Shown piece after piece: positions 7,372 to 14,569 of a DNA stretch of 29,678 nucleotides (the first letter of the stretch is position 1; every line of letters starts with the position of its first letter). Where the stretch lies: positions 1 through 29,678 of IMG/VR virus record IMGVR_UViG_3300050504_000029; one strand, 5' to 3'. The position numbers and the translations under genes are program-made. Below the pieces are notes generated by a model that was not told where the DNA came from, did not search any database, and saw only the letters and a program-made list of their open reading frames with translations. The stretch is from a virus.

Positions 7372-7976
7372 GGCCGCGTGCGTTGGACTTGTTCTGCGGC
7401 GCTGGCGGTGCGGCGATGGGCCTCTACTGTGCAGGGTTTGACGTGACGGGCATCGACATCAAGCGGCAGCCAAGGTATCCGTTCCGGTTCATCCAGGGCG
7501 ATGCCTTGAAGCCCCCGGTGAGGCTGGAGGACTTCGATCTGATTTGGGCGAGCCCGCCGTGCCAAGCGTACAGTCGCGCTACCGCGTGGACCGGTGACCG
7601 ATCATCTCATCCAGACCTGATCGGAGCGGTTCAAGCCATGTTGCACGGTTCACACTACGTAATCGAAAATGTCCAAGAGGCGAGACGCCTGTTACGTAAC
7701 CCATCAATGATCTGTGGCTCGATGGTCGGCCTTCCGGTGAGACGGCATCGTTATTTCGAGACATCGTTCGAGATGCCGCTTCTTGGCCACCCATGCTTCC
7801 ATAGACGAACAGACCTTTCTCACGATCACGGAAGCAAACAAACAGAGGCACAATACCGCGATGGCATGAAATGCGACTGGATGACGGTCCATGAGGCACG
7901 CGAAGCCATCCCCCCCGCGTACGCCGAGCACATAGGCCGCTACGCACTCATGGCCCTGGAGGCCCCCACGCCATGA
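7368..7976 (+). CDS. Compact DNA (cytosine-5) methyltransferase, orphan (no adjacent restriction enzyme)
   Basis: From ATG 7368 (202 aa): motif I DLFCGAGG, motif IV SPPCQ, motif VI ENV, motif VIII RRHRYF and motif X-like TVHEAREAIPPAY. Only about 40 aa separate VIII from X. Confidence 0.85.
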   Translation: MRPRALDLFCGAGGAAMGLYCAGFDVTGIDIKRQPRYPFRFIQGDALKPPVRLEDFDLIWASPPCQAYSRATAWTGDRSSHPDLIGAVQAMLHGSHYVIENVQEARRLLRNPSMICGSMVGLPVRRHRYFETSFEMPLLGHPCFHRRTDLSHDHGSKQTEAQYRDGMKCDWMTVHEAREAIPPAYAEHIGRYALMALEAPTP

Positions 7977-8269
7977 CAGCACGCGATGCGATTGCATTGG
8001 CAGAAGCGTATGCGCTCGGCCGCGAGGATTTCATGGGCGATCAAGCCTATTATCCAGATCGGGACGACGTGCTTCTGGACCACCTGGATCGCATTCGTCT
8101 AGCCATCGAGGCGGAACTGGATGCGTGTGCCGCAGAGACCGCCGCGTTGAAGGAGGAGGTTCTGCGCGTGCGAGGCGAGCGCGACCTGTACAAGCAGGAC
8201 TTGAACGCGATCTATCATGCGGCGGCACTACCTCAAGAAGAAAAGTCAGGAAGGGGCGTTCAAGCATGA
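7973..8269 (+). CDS. Hypothetical coiled-coil protein (98 aa)
   Basis: ATGA overlap upstream. Heptad-like AAETAALKEEVLRVRGERDLYKQDL. Confidence 0.65.
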   Translation: MTARDAIALAEAYALGREDFMGDQAYYPDRDDVLLDHLDRIRLAIEAELDACAAETAALKEEVLRVRGERDLYKQDLNAIYHAAALPQEEKSGRGVQA

Positions 8270-8496
8270 GTGACAAGCACGTTATCGGAGAGTGCTCGAT
8301 CTGCGGCGGGCCGGTCGAGCAGTACACGGTGCTTCACATCGTCGGCCCGTTCCCGCCGCCCGAATGCCGTAATTGTGGAGCCGTGATGGAGCATCCGCAC
8401 GGACGAGTGATTCCTATGCGGCCGAAGCGCGAGGGTGGAATCAATACGAACTACACATCGCAAAGCGGGACCGGAAGGAAGCGGCCCCATGCCTAG
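8266..8496 (+). CDS. Small zinc-ribbon protein (76 aa)
   Basis: Internal ATG 8266 of track ORF 8125..8496 forms an ATGA overlap. Contains CSICGG...CRNCG. Confidence 0.65.
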   Translation: MSDKHVIGECSICGGPVEQYTVLHIVGPFPPPECRNCGAVMEHPHGRVIPMRPKREGGINTNYTSQSGTGRKRPHA

Positions 8497-8818
8497 CCCG
8501 CTCCCCTACACCCAGGCCGAGCGGGATTTCCTGCGGGCGCTGGCGAAGGCATGGGACAATAGCGCATTCGCGGAATTGAACAACGATGCACTCGACGACG
8601 CAGCCCGCGCCGTGCTGGCGGAGTCCGACCAGTACGCCGACCAGTTGCGCGACATTGCTGCCCTACGCGCCGCCCACGCTGCGCTGGAGGAACGGGTGCG
8701 GGAGGCATGCGACATGCTCCGAAAGGTCTACGACAGAAGCGCGTACAAGCCTGAGACGGCCATCTATCAAGTCATCGCGCTCCTCGAAGGCCGCACAGGA
8801 GAGGGGGCGGGGGCGTGA
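8489..8818 (+). CDS. Hypothetical helical protein (109 aa)
   Basis: ATG 8489 overlaps the previous gene by 8 nt. The stop overlaps the next GTG (GTGA). Confidence 0.6.
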   Translation: MPSPLPYTQAERDFLRALAKAWDNSAFAELNNDALDDAARAVLAESDQYADQLRDIAALRAAHAALEERVREACDMLRKVYDRSAYKPETAIYQVIALLEGRTGEGAGA

Positions 8819-9186
8819 GGCTTCTTGTGTGCGGCTCCCGTAACTGGCGCGACTACGATTCGGTCAAGCGGCACCTTGCGCGGCTTGCCCCGGATGAGAT
8901 CGTTCACGGATGCTGCGCGATCGGAGCCGATAGGATGGCCGACGATTGGGCGCGGGACCATAAGGTGCGCGTGATTCCGTGTCCCGCCGATTGGGACACC
9001 CACGGCAAGGCGGCTGGTCCACTTCGGAACAAGCAGATGCTGACCTATAAGCCGGAACTTGTGATCGCGTTCGGTCGTGGACGTGGCACGGATGGCATGG
9101 TTCGACTCGCAGAAGCCGCTGGAATCCCGGTCGAGCGAATCCCCGGCGGACCGTTCGAGCACGGACCCAAGCGAGAGGGGGCGTAG
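8815..9186 (+). CDS. SLOG-superfamily protein, DUF2493 (YspA/LOG/DprA-like Rossmannoid)
   Basis: MRLLVCGSRNWRDYDSV...VHGCCAIGADRMADDWAR...PADWDTHGKAAGPLRNKQML...LVIAFGRGRGTDGMVRLAEAAGIPV matches the DUF2493 pattern as I remember it from actinophage proteins. Confidence 0.8.
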   Translation: MRLLVCGSRNWRDYDSVKRHLARLAPDEIVHGCCAIGADRMADDWARDHKVRVIPCPADWDTHGKAAGPLRNKQMLTYKPELVIAFGRGRGTDGMVRLAEAAGIPVERIPGGPFEHGPKREGA

Positions 9187-9187
9187 G

Positions 9188-9376
9188 GTGCTGTGGGCAA
9201 TGCGACGATTCCTAGAGGACTATCGGAAGGCGGCTGACCCGCCGAACATCACTACGGCGACGCTCTCGGACACAAAGAACATCAATGCCGTGCGCTTCGG
9301 CCCGGTTCGCTTCTATCGGGTCGGGCGAATCGTGCACCCGGTCAAGCCCATAACGGTCCTCGGCCCCCGGCCATGA
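9188..9376 (+). CDS. Hypothetical protein (62 aa)
   Basis: GTG 9188 lies 6-7 nt after GAGAGGGGG. The stop overlaps the next ATG (ATGA). An alternative ATG is at 9200. Confidence 0.5.
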   Translation: MLWAMRRFLEDYRKAADPPNITTATLSDTKNINAVRFGPVRFYRVGRIVHPVKPITVLGPRP

Positions 9377-10185
9377 CCCGCACGTGGGTGCTCCTCTGCC
9401 TCCTGCTCGCGGCTCCGGCCTACGCTGGAACCTACGACCTGAGCCCGCCGCTGACCAGCGACTCGACCGGATGCGGCAGCGCCGACGGTGCGCCCGACTT
9501 CGACCACTACCTGATTCACTTCTATCGCTGCCGAGCCGATTCCCTTGTCCGTCGCCAACCTCCGCTCAAGCCGCTATGGGTCGCAAGACGCGATTCGGTC
9601 GTATTCACGCATAACTCGAACGTCCTGACGCTACCGGACAGCCTTGGCGGGGTCGGCTGGATTCAGGTGTGGAGCGTGGACGGTGCGGGCAACAAGTCCT
9701 GTGGCTACCTTTCCGCTACGTGGGCTTCCCCCGCTGTGGCCGCTGTCGTTCAGCCGCCACCGGACACGGCCAGCACCGGCATCACTGGACGCTACTATCG
9801 GGGGATGAATCGTGACCACTTCATAGCATCCAGGCGGGATACGTCGATTGCCTTCATGTGGGGAACCGGCTCCCCTTGGATCGACGTTCCAGCCGATTCG
9901 TTCAGCGTGGAATGGGATGGTAAGATAGCGATACCTACCGCTGGGGCTTGGACCTTCTACGTCACATCGGAGGACGGCATCCAGTTCTACATAGACTGGA
10001 CTTATAGCATCAACGCCTATGCGGTGTCCCCGCTACAGGAACGAAGCAAGAGCATGACGCTGACGGCGGGGCTTCACGATCTTCACCTGAATTACATGGC
10101 TCGGCTCGGCAACAGCGAGTGTACCCTGCGATGGTCTGGCCCTGGAGTCGCCAAGGCCATCATACCGAGAAGCGCCCTACGATGA
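9373..10185 (+). CDS. Secreted protein: signal peptide + FN3-like module + PA14 carbohydrate-binding domain
   Basis: Signal peptide MTRTWVLLCLLLAAPAYA-GT. FN3-like VWSVDGAGNKS. PA14 pattern GRYYRG...SIAFMWG...FSVEWDGKIAIPTAGAWTFYVTSEDGIQFYID...MTLTAGLHDLHLNYMARLGNSECTLRWSGPG. Confidence 0.8.
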   Translation: MTRTWVLLCLLLAAPAYAGTYDLSPPLTSDSTGCGSADGAPDFDHYLIHFYRCRADSLVRRQPPLKPLWVARRDSVVFTHNSNVLTLPDSLGGVGWIQVWSVDGAGNKSCGYLSATWASPAVAAVVQPPPDTASTGITGRYYRGMNRDHFIASRRDTSIAFMWGTGSPWIDVPADSFSVEWDGKIAIPTAGAWTFYVTSEDGIQFYIDWTYSINAYAVSPLQERSKSMTLTAGLHDLHLNYMARLGNSECTLRWSGPGVAKAIIPRSALR

Positions 10186-10571
10186 AGATACCGGGGCTGC
10201 CGCCGATGGTTTCTGGTAACGGGAGGCTAATGAGACGCAACAAGTTCGGCGTAGCGGCAGCATCGGAGCGCCTATACAACGGAGTCCTCTACCACTCGAA
10301 GCTGGAGAAGAACCACGCTGTGCTGCTCGATACCTTACGCACCGCGCAGGCTCCGCAAGACCGCGTTGTCGCCTGGGACCGGCAGATACCTTTTCCCATA
10401 GAGGTGAACGGCGTTCATGTCTGTAAGTACATCGTTGATTTCAGGGTGGAGTACGCGGACGGTCGGATAGACTACGTGGAAGTGAAAGGCATGGACACCG
10501 AGGTGGGCATCATAAAGATGCGACTATTCAAGGCCCTGTATCCTGACAAGGTTCTGAGGGTTGTCCGATGA
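10182..10571 (+). CDS. DUF1064 protein (PD-(D/E)xK-type putative Holliday-junction resolvase/nuclease)
   Basis: ATGA overlap with the PA14 gene. RRNKFG...YNGVLYHSKLEKNHAVLLDTL...KYIVDFRVEYADGRIDYVEVKGMDTEVGIIKMRLFKALYP fits the DUF1064 pattern. Confidence 0.75.
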   Translation: MKIPGLPPMVSGNGRLMRRNKFGVAAASERLYNGVLYHSKLEKNHAVLLDTLRTAQAPQDRVVAWDRQIPFPIEVNGVHVCKYIVDFRVEYADGRIDYVEVKGMDTEVGIIKMRLFKALYPDKVLRVVR

Positions 10572-10574
10572 ATT

Positions 10575-10726
10575 GGGGGTGGCGGAGGCGCGACTGGCAG
10601 AGAAAGCCCGACCGCTTCCCTTGTGCCGGACTCCACTGTATCCGGCGTGTCCACCCCCATTAACTAAGTGGCCGGAATTAGCGGGAGCACTAGGGGTACT
10701 CTCCGCTAAGGCTCCGGGGTGGAGCC
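10575..10726 (+). other. Hairpin-dense non-coding segment (candidate structured 3' UTR or ncRNA)
   Basis: There is a long-range 8-bp stem GGGGGTGG (10575-82) / CCACCCCC (10651-58). It encloses hairpin GCCGGA (10625-30) / TCCGGC (10641-46). Next come GCGGGAG (10681-87) / CTC-T-CCGC (10699-706) and GGCTCC (10710-15) / GGAGCC (10721-26). Confidence 0.3.
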
Positions 10727-10740
10727 GCCAGCCACGAGAA

Positions 10741-10772
10741 GGGGGACCCTAGCAAGGACGCCGGGGTCCCCC
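10741..10772. terminator. GC-rich hairpin between the convergent operons (putative bidirectional terminator)
   Basis: GGGGGACCC (10741-49) pairs with GGGTCCCCC (10764-72) across a 14-nt loop. It is followed by gaattatt on + and ttctc on -. The U-tracts are weak. Confidence 0.5.
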
Positions 10773-10841
10773 GAATTATTGGCGCGAGGGTCGGTCACAC
10801 GGCTTGAGGACGGCCCGGTCAGGCCGTAGGTGCCGCCGCTG

Positions 10842-11162
10842 TCACTCGCGCCCGTACTTTCTAACAGTGAGATCGTATATAGCCTGATTCTGCCGTATTA
10901 ATGCGGGCGACGCCTTTAGCCCGTTTCTAGTATCTACACCGTCCAGGATCAACCTAGGGTGGCCTATGGTCTTGTATTGCGATGGCATATGACCATAGGC
11001 ATCAGGTCTTGCACCGGCGGCAAAGGCTGCCCTGTAATCGTAGAAATGAAGCGGATCGTTCGGATTAGGAGATAGACCTCTTAGAGTTGCTACCTGGTCG
11101 TACCACCTGCGGAACGCCGCTTCTTGCGCCAATTTATATGCTGAATCGTTAACGAAAGACAT
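10842..11162 (-). CDS. Hypothetical protein, last gene of the late operon (adjacent to the lysis cassette)
   Basis: 106 aa with ATG at 11162. Contains the conserved-looking NPNDPLHFYDYRAAFAAGARPDAYGHMPSQYKTIGHP. I recognise no family. Confidence 0.7.
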   Translation of the reverse strand: MSFVNDSAYKLAQEAAFRRWYDQVATLRGLSPNPNDPLHFYDYRAAFAAGARPDAYGHMPSQYKTIGHPRLILDGVDTRNGLKASPALIRQNQAIYDLTVRKYGRE

Positions 11163-11179
11163 TCGCTATCACTCGCGCA

Positions 11180-11500
11180 CTACTGAGTCGGTGAGGGCGG
11201 CTTCAACCCCATCGCCTTATACGCGGGATTGAAGATGTGGTCATGGAATAGCTTCGTAATCAGGGCGTCCACGAACGGAATGAAGATGGTCCCGAAGGAT
11301 GCCAGCGCCCCGCCGAAGATCGCTGCGTGGGCAGGCGGAGCGAACACATTGGCAGCCCATGCCGATGCCGCAGCCAGCAACGTACAGAACCCGTTCGAGA
11401 GATTCCGAGTCACGGGAAGGTACTTGTAGAGGAACGGCACCAGCATGGCACACACCAGCGCCACCTGCTGATTGTTCAAGAACGCGAGAATGGAGTCCAT
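11180..11500 (-). CDS. Putative holin (three predicted TM segments)
   Basis: 106 aa directly downstream of the endolysin, with AGGAGG 4 nt before the ATG. Hydrophobic stretches: VALVCAMLVPFLYKYL, GFCTLLAAASAWAANVFA, AAIFGGALASFGTIFIPFVDALI. Confidence 0.55.
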   Translation of the reverse strand: MDSILAFLNNQQVALVCAMLVPFLYKYLPVTRNLSNGFCTLLAAASAWAANVFAPPAHAAIFGGALASFGTIFIPFVDALITKLFHDHIFNPAYKAMGLKPPSPTQ

Positions 11501-11508
11501 TCAGCCTC

Positions 11509-11898
11509 CTACTTGTCGGAGTAGAGCCACACGGTCTGCGGCGGCTTAGTCACGTCAACGTCCACATGAAGCAGAGTCTTCCCTATCCCGATGCGGTTGA
11601 ATAGGTTGTATAAAAATATCTGGTCCAGCATGGCAAACGTCTCGTGGCCAGATGTGGTTTTAATGTCCGCCGCCTCGCATGGCTCCGTCTCCGTGGTTAC
11701 GTGCGCCGAATCCGCGACTCCACCCATGGCCTGATTGTGCGGAGGACAGCGGCACCCGCTGTTGATGTGGATCGGTCTCCCCAATTGATGCCGTAGCCGC
11801 TCCAGCGCCGTTAGTAGGGTGGCCGAGACGTTGCAGATGCCGCAGCCGCACTTGCAGCGGAACTCCTCGCTGCTGAAATTGTCGCTTAGGTCACCCAT
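11509..11898 (-). CDS. Endolysin, peptidase M15 (zinc D-Ala-D-Ala / L-Ala-D-Glu peptidase fold)
   Basis: FSSEEFRCKCG...LERLRHQLGRPIHINSGCRCPPHNQAMGGVADSAHV...AADI...LLHVDVD supplies the H, D and H zinc ligands of Peptidase_M15_3/4. Confidence 0.8.
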   Translation of the reverse strand: MGDLSDNFSSEEFRCKCGCGICNVSATLLTALERLRHQLGRPIHINSGCRCPPHNQAMGGVADSAHVTTETEPCEAADIKTTSGHETFAMLDQIFLYNLFNRIGIGKTLLHVDVDVTKPPQTVWLYSDK

Positions 11899-12223
11899 CG
11901 TCTTTTAGCATCAGCTTGGTCAGGTCGTTTGCTAATGCATGGCTCCGTACTCTGACCGCCGCTATCTCCCTATCGTGTCGATCTACCGCCGATTCCATGT
12001 CATGTTTTAGGTCGCGCAACTCGTCCTTCTTCACAAACCCGTTATTGTGGATCGAGTCATTCAATTCCTTATGCGCCGCCCGAAGCTCTTTAATCTCGCC
12101 GGTCATCTTCCAGACGAAGAACGTGAGCACTACCATGGCGAGTGGCGATCCGCCCAATGCTACTAGGGTGCTCCAGTCTGCGATGTTCACTCCGTTCCCA
12201 TACACCCTTCCCCCATGTCTCAC
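11891..12223 (-). CDS. Membrane-anchored coiled-coil protein (i-spanin-like or holin-accessory)
   Basis: 110 aa with a GTG start and one TM (LVALGGSPLAMVVLTFFVW), followed by the heptad-rich EIKELRAAHKELNDS...DLKHDMESAVDRHDREIAAVR. It overlaps the endolysin start by 8 nt. Confidence 0.5.
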   Translation of the reverse strand: MRHGGRVYGNGVNIADWSTLVALGGSPLAMVVLTFFVWKMTGEIKELRAAHKELNDSIHNNGFVKKDELRDLKHDMESAVDRHDREIAAVRVRSHALANDLTKLMLKDDG

Positions 12224-12235
12224 ACACGCTGAGGT

Positions 12236-14569
12236 TCAACGGTGGCTCCCACCGGGCGAACGGCGGGGCTCGTACTTGTCCACCGTTCTGACCCCCAATC
12301 CGAATGACTGTGCCGTGGCTTCCTTCCCCTTGACTCCGGCGATCCAGTCAGCCGCTATATTGGCTAGACGGGCCTGCGGGAACTTGCCGAGCACATAGGC
12401 CAGACGAGCGGGGGCAATGACCTTCTTGGTTACCGGGTCAATTGAGATGCCGTGAGCCTTAGCGAACTCTGGGCCTCCTGGAACATTGAAGATCACACGT
12501 AGAGCCGATGGAGCCGTGGCGAACCGTTCGTGCTGTTTGCTCTCCGGGTCGTACCAGAACGATTGTCCCTTGAAGGTGTTTCGACCGGCACCAAGCCCTA
12601 TGAGCGTCCCGTACTGAGGGTAGAGCTTCTCCGCCAACTTGTTCGTGGCGTCCTCTATCCCCGAGGGAACCAACTCGTTAACCGAGTATTGCCCGACGAA
12701 CTGAGGAATTAGCCCCTGGCTTTCTTTGTTGGCCACTACGCCCTGAGGGAGATTCCACGGGCCGAACTCCGAGGCTAGTCGCTCGTCGTCGTAGCCCATC
12801 TTCCGGTTCTGCCTGGCCCTCATGTTTCCGGCCAGCGCCACAGAGCCGGGACGCTCCATCACGGCCCTAGCGGTAAGCCCTGGGATGAATGTTGACCAGT
12901 TCACAAACGGTACGAAATGCCGCCCGATCTTCTTCCTGGTAGGGCTGGCCAGCCTAGACGAGTAGTTGAACAGAATGTCGTCCACACGGGACGCCGCCTT
13001 CAACGGACTGTCGCCTTTGGCCTTCCGAATCAGGTATAGCCAGAGACGGGCCTTGTCCTCCCCAAACTGATTGGCACCCCTGGCGAACCGGAACACCGGG
13101 CCCATCTTTCCGGTAACTTCCTGCGCCGTCTGGCCTCCGCCTAGAACGCCCATACTGATGGCTTCGGACACCAACTGAGGCGAGGGCTTGGCTACTTGCT
13201 TGATAAGGCCCAACTCCTTCGGGCCGATGTCCTCGAACATGGCCAACTGGAAGACGTTGTTCTGCCAGTTCCTGGACGTGAAACCAGGGCTAAAGACCGC
13301 CCACTTCTTGAAGTTGTCGTTGATCTTCTTCGACACGTTCAGGAAGTCGCCGTACTGCTCCGGCTCCAGCCTCCGGTTCAGGCGGGCCACCAAGGCGTCC
13401 AGTTCTGGCGGCAACTTCCGGTTGCCAAGGAACTGCCGCTGCCCCTTCGTGACCCCGGCACCGATACCCTCATGGCGCAGCACAGCCTCGCCGGGCTTAG
13501 TGGTAGGCACCCCGAACCGCTTGGTCAGGTCGTTAACGATGCGGAGTTTCATCACTCTGGAGTCGTTTGCAGAGCCCATATCCATGGCAGCCTTTACCAC
13601 AGGATCAAGCCGCTGCTTACCCTGCGCCTCCAGCATCTTGTTGATCTCATCGGTAGTCATGGCCCTACCGGCCTCGGTCCTGTACTTGAGGCCACCAGTA
13701 CCCAAGGCCCTAGCCTCGCCGTAACCCTTGATTCCGGCCTCCTGGCGCATCTGGGAAGTCATGGGCCGGTCCGTGAAGGCTGGAAGATTCGCCTGTTGCT
13801 CCGGCGTCAGGTGAGAGCCCAACTCGTGAGGCTTGCCACCAACGGCGCTACGAGCGGCAACACGCTGGCCGTATTCGGCCTCCAGAGCCCTTGCAGCGGG
13901 CTTTAAGCCATCGGGTAGGTCTTGGATGCCTCGACGTTCGATAGCAGCCTGTACGGCGTCCTGTTCGGCCTGGGAGAGTTTCAGATACGGTCCCAGAGAG
14001 GCCTGGCGCTTCGCCGCTGATAGGGACGCCTGGCCCTCAGCGGTTCGCATGATGTCCTGCGCTGGCTGACGGTATTTGGCCGGAAGGCTGGAGCCCGTCT
14101 TAACGAACTCCGCGATGTCTCTGGCAATGGGTAGTTTACGAAGAGGCTCACCGATTGCCCTGGCGATAGGAAGCACACCGTATCTGCCAATCTTGTTCAT
14201 GGCTCCGGCCACCGGGAAGTCGGTCAGGAAGGACACCAGTTCCGGGCTGATCTTAGGATCGAAGCCCTCGGCCTTCATCCTGTCTATGTACTCCCTGATC
14301 TGATCCACGTCAGCGGTGGGGCTGAAAGAAACCGGGGTCTTGGTTCCAGCGACGGCATGAATCAGGGCCGCTTTCGGCGTCTCCATGACGGAACCAAGGA
14401 AGTCGGCAGCGCCGCCAACAACGTCAGCGCCCTTACTGAGGGCAGCGCCAGCGGCCTTCTTGCCCTTTACCACCATCCCGGAGTAGGCCTTCTCCAAATC
14501 GCTTAGAGGCTTCTCTAGGCGAGCGGTCTCGGAGTACTCAGGGTAGGCCTTCTCCAGGTCGCTCGGCAT
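12236..14569 (-). CDS. Large virion protein, putative internal/ejection protein
   Basis: 777-aa uninterrupted ORF that follows two small Gly/Lys/Pro-rich proteins, as in podovirus ejection-protein sets. I recognised no enzymatic motif. N-terminal tandem SDLEKAY x2. Confidence 0.45.
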   Translation of the reverse strand: MPSDLEKAYPEYSETARLEKPLSDLEKAYSGMVVKGKKAAGAALSKGADVVGGAADFLGSVMETPKAALIHAVAGTKTPVSFSPTADVDQIREYIDRMKAEGFDPKISPELVSFLTDFPVAGAMNKIGRYGVLPIARAIGEPLRKLPIARDIAEFVKTGSSLPAKYRQPAQDIMRTAEGQASLSAAKRQASLGPYLKLSQAEQDAVQAAIERRGIQDLPDGLKPAARALEAEYGQRVAARSAVGGKPHELGSHLTPEQQANLPAFTDRPMTSQMRQEAGIKGYGEARALGTGGLKYRTEAGRAMTTDEINKMLEAQGKQRLDPVVKAAMDMGSANDSRVMKLRIVNDLTKRFGVPTTKPGEAVLRHEGIGAGVTKGQRQFLGNRKLPPELDALVARLNRRLEPEQYGDFLNVSKKINDNFKKWAVFSPGFTSRNWQNNVFQLAMFEDIGPKELGLIKQVAKPSPQLVSEAISMGVLGGGQTAQEVTGKMGPVFRFARGANQFGEDKARLWLYLIRKAKGDSPLKAASRVDDILFNYSSRLASPTRKKIGRHFVPFVNWSTFIPGLTARAVMERPGSVALAGNMRARQNRKMGYDDERLASEFGPWNLPQGVVANKESQGLIPQFVGQYSVNELVPSGIEDATNKLAEKLYPQYGTLIGLGAGRNTFKGQSFWYDPESKQHERFATAPSALRVIFNVPGGPEFAKAHGISIDPVTKKVIAPARLAYVLGKFPQARLANIAADWIAGVKGKEATAQSFGLGVRTVDKYEPRRSPGGSHR

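Noticed and set aside
10575-10658. tRNA-like candidate: 8-bp closing helix around 68 nt
   Set aside because: The inner hairpin has a 10-nt loop and is separated from the closing helix by 4 nt. There is no D or anticodon arm geometry. I kept it only as a generic structured element.
10841-11177. 10-mer tcactcgcgc repeated at about 10841 and about 11168
   Set aside because: One copy encodes the C-terminus GRE plus the stop, and the other is intergenic. It is short and there are only two copies. Most simply a coincidence.
11891-12223. Embedded o-spanin (Rz1-like) in alternative frames of the coiled-coil gene
   Set aside because: I read both alternative frames. They contain only very short ATG-initiated peptides (for example MGEGCMGTE and MTRSTITGL) and no lipobox Cys.
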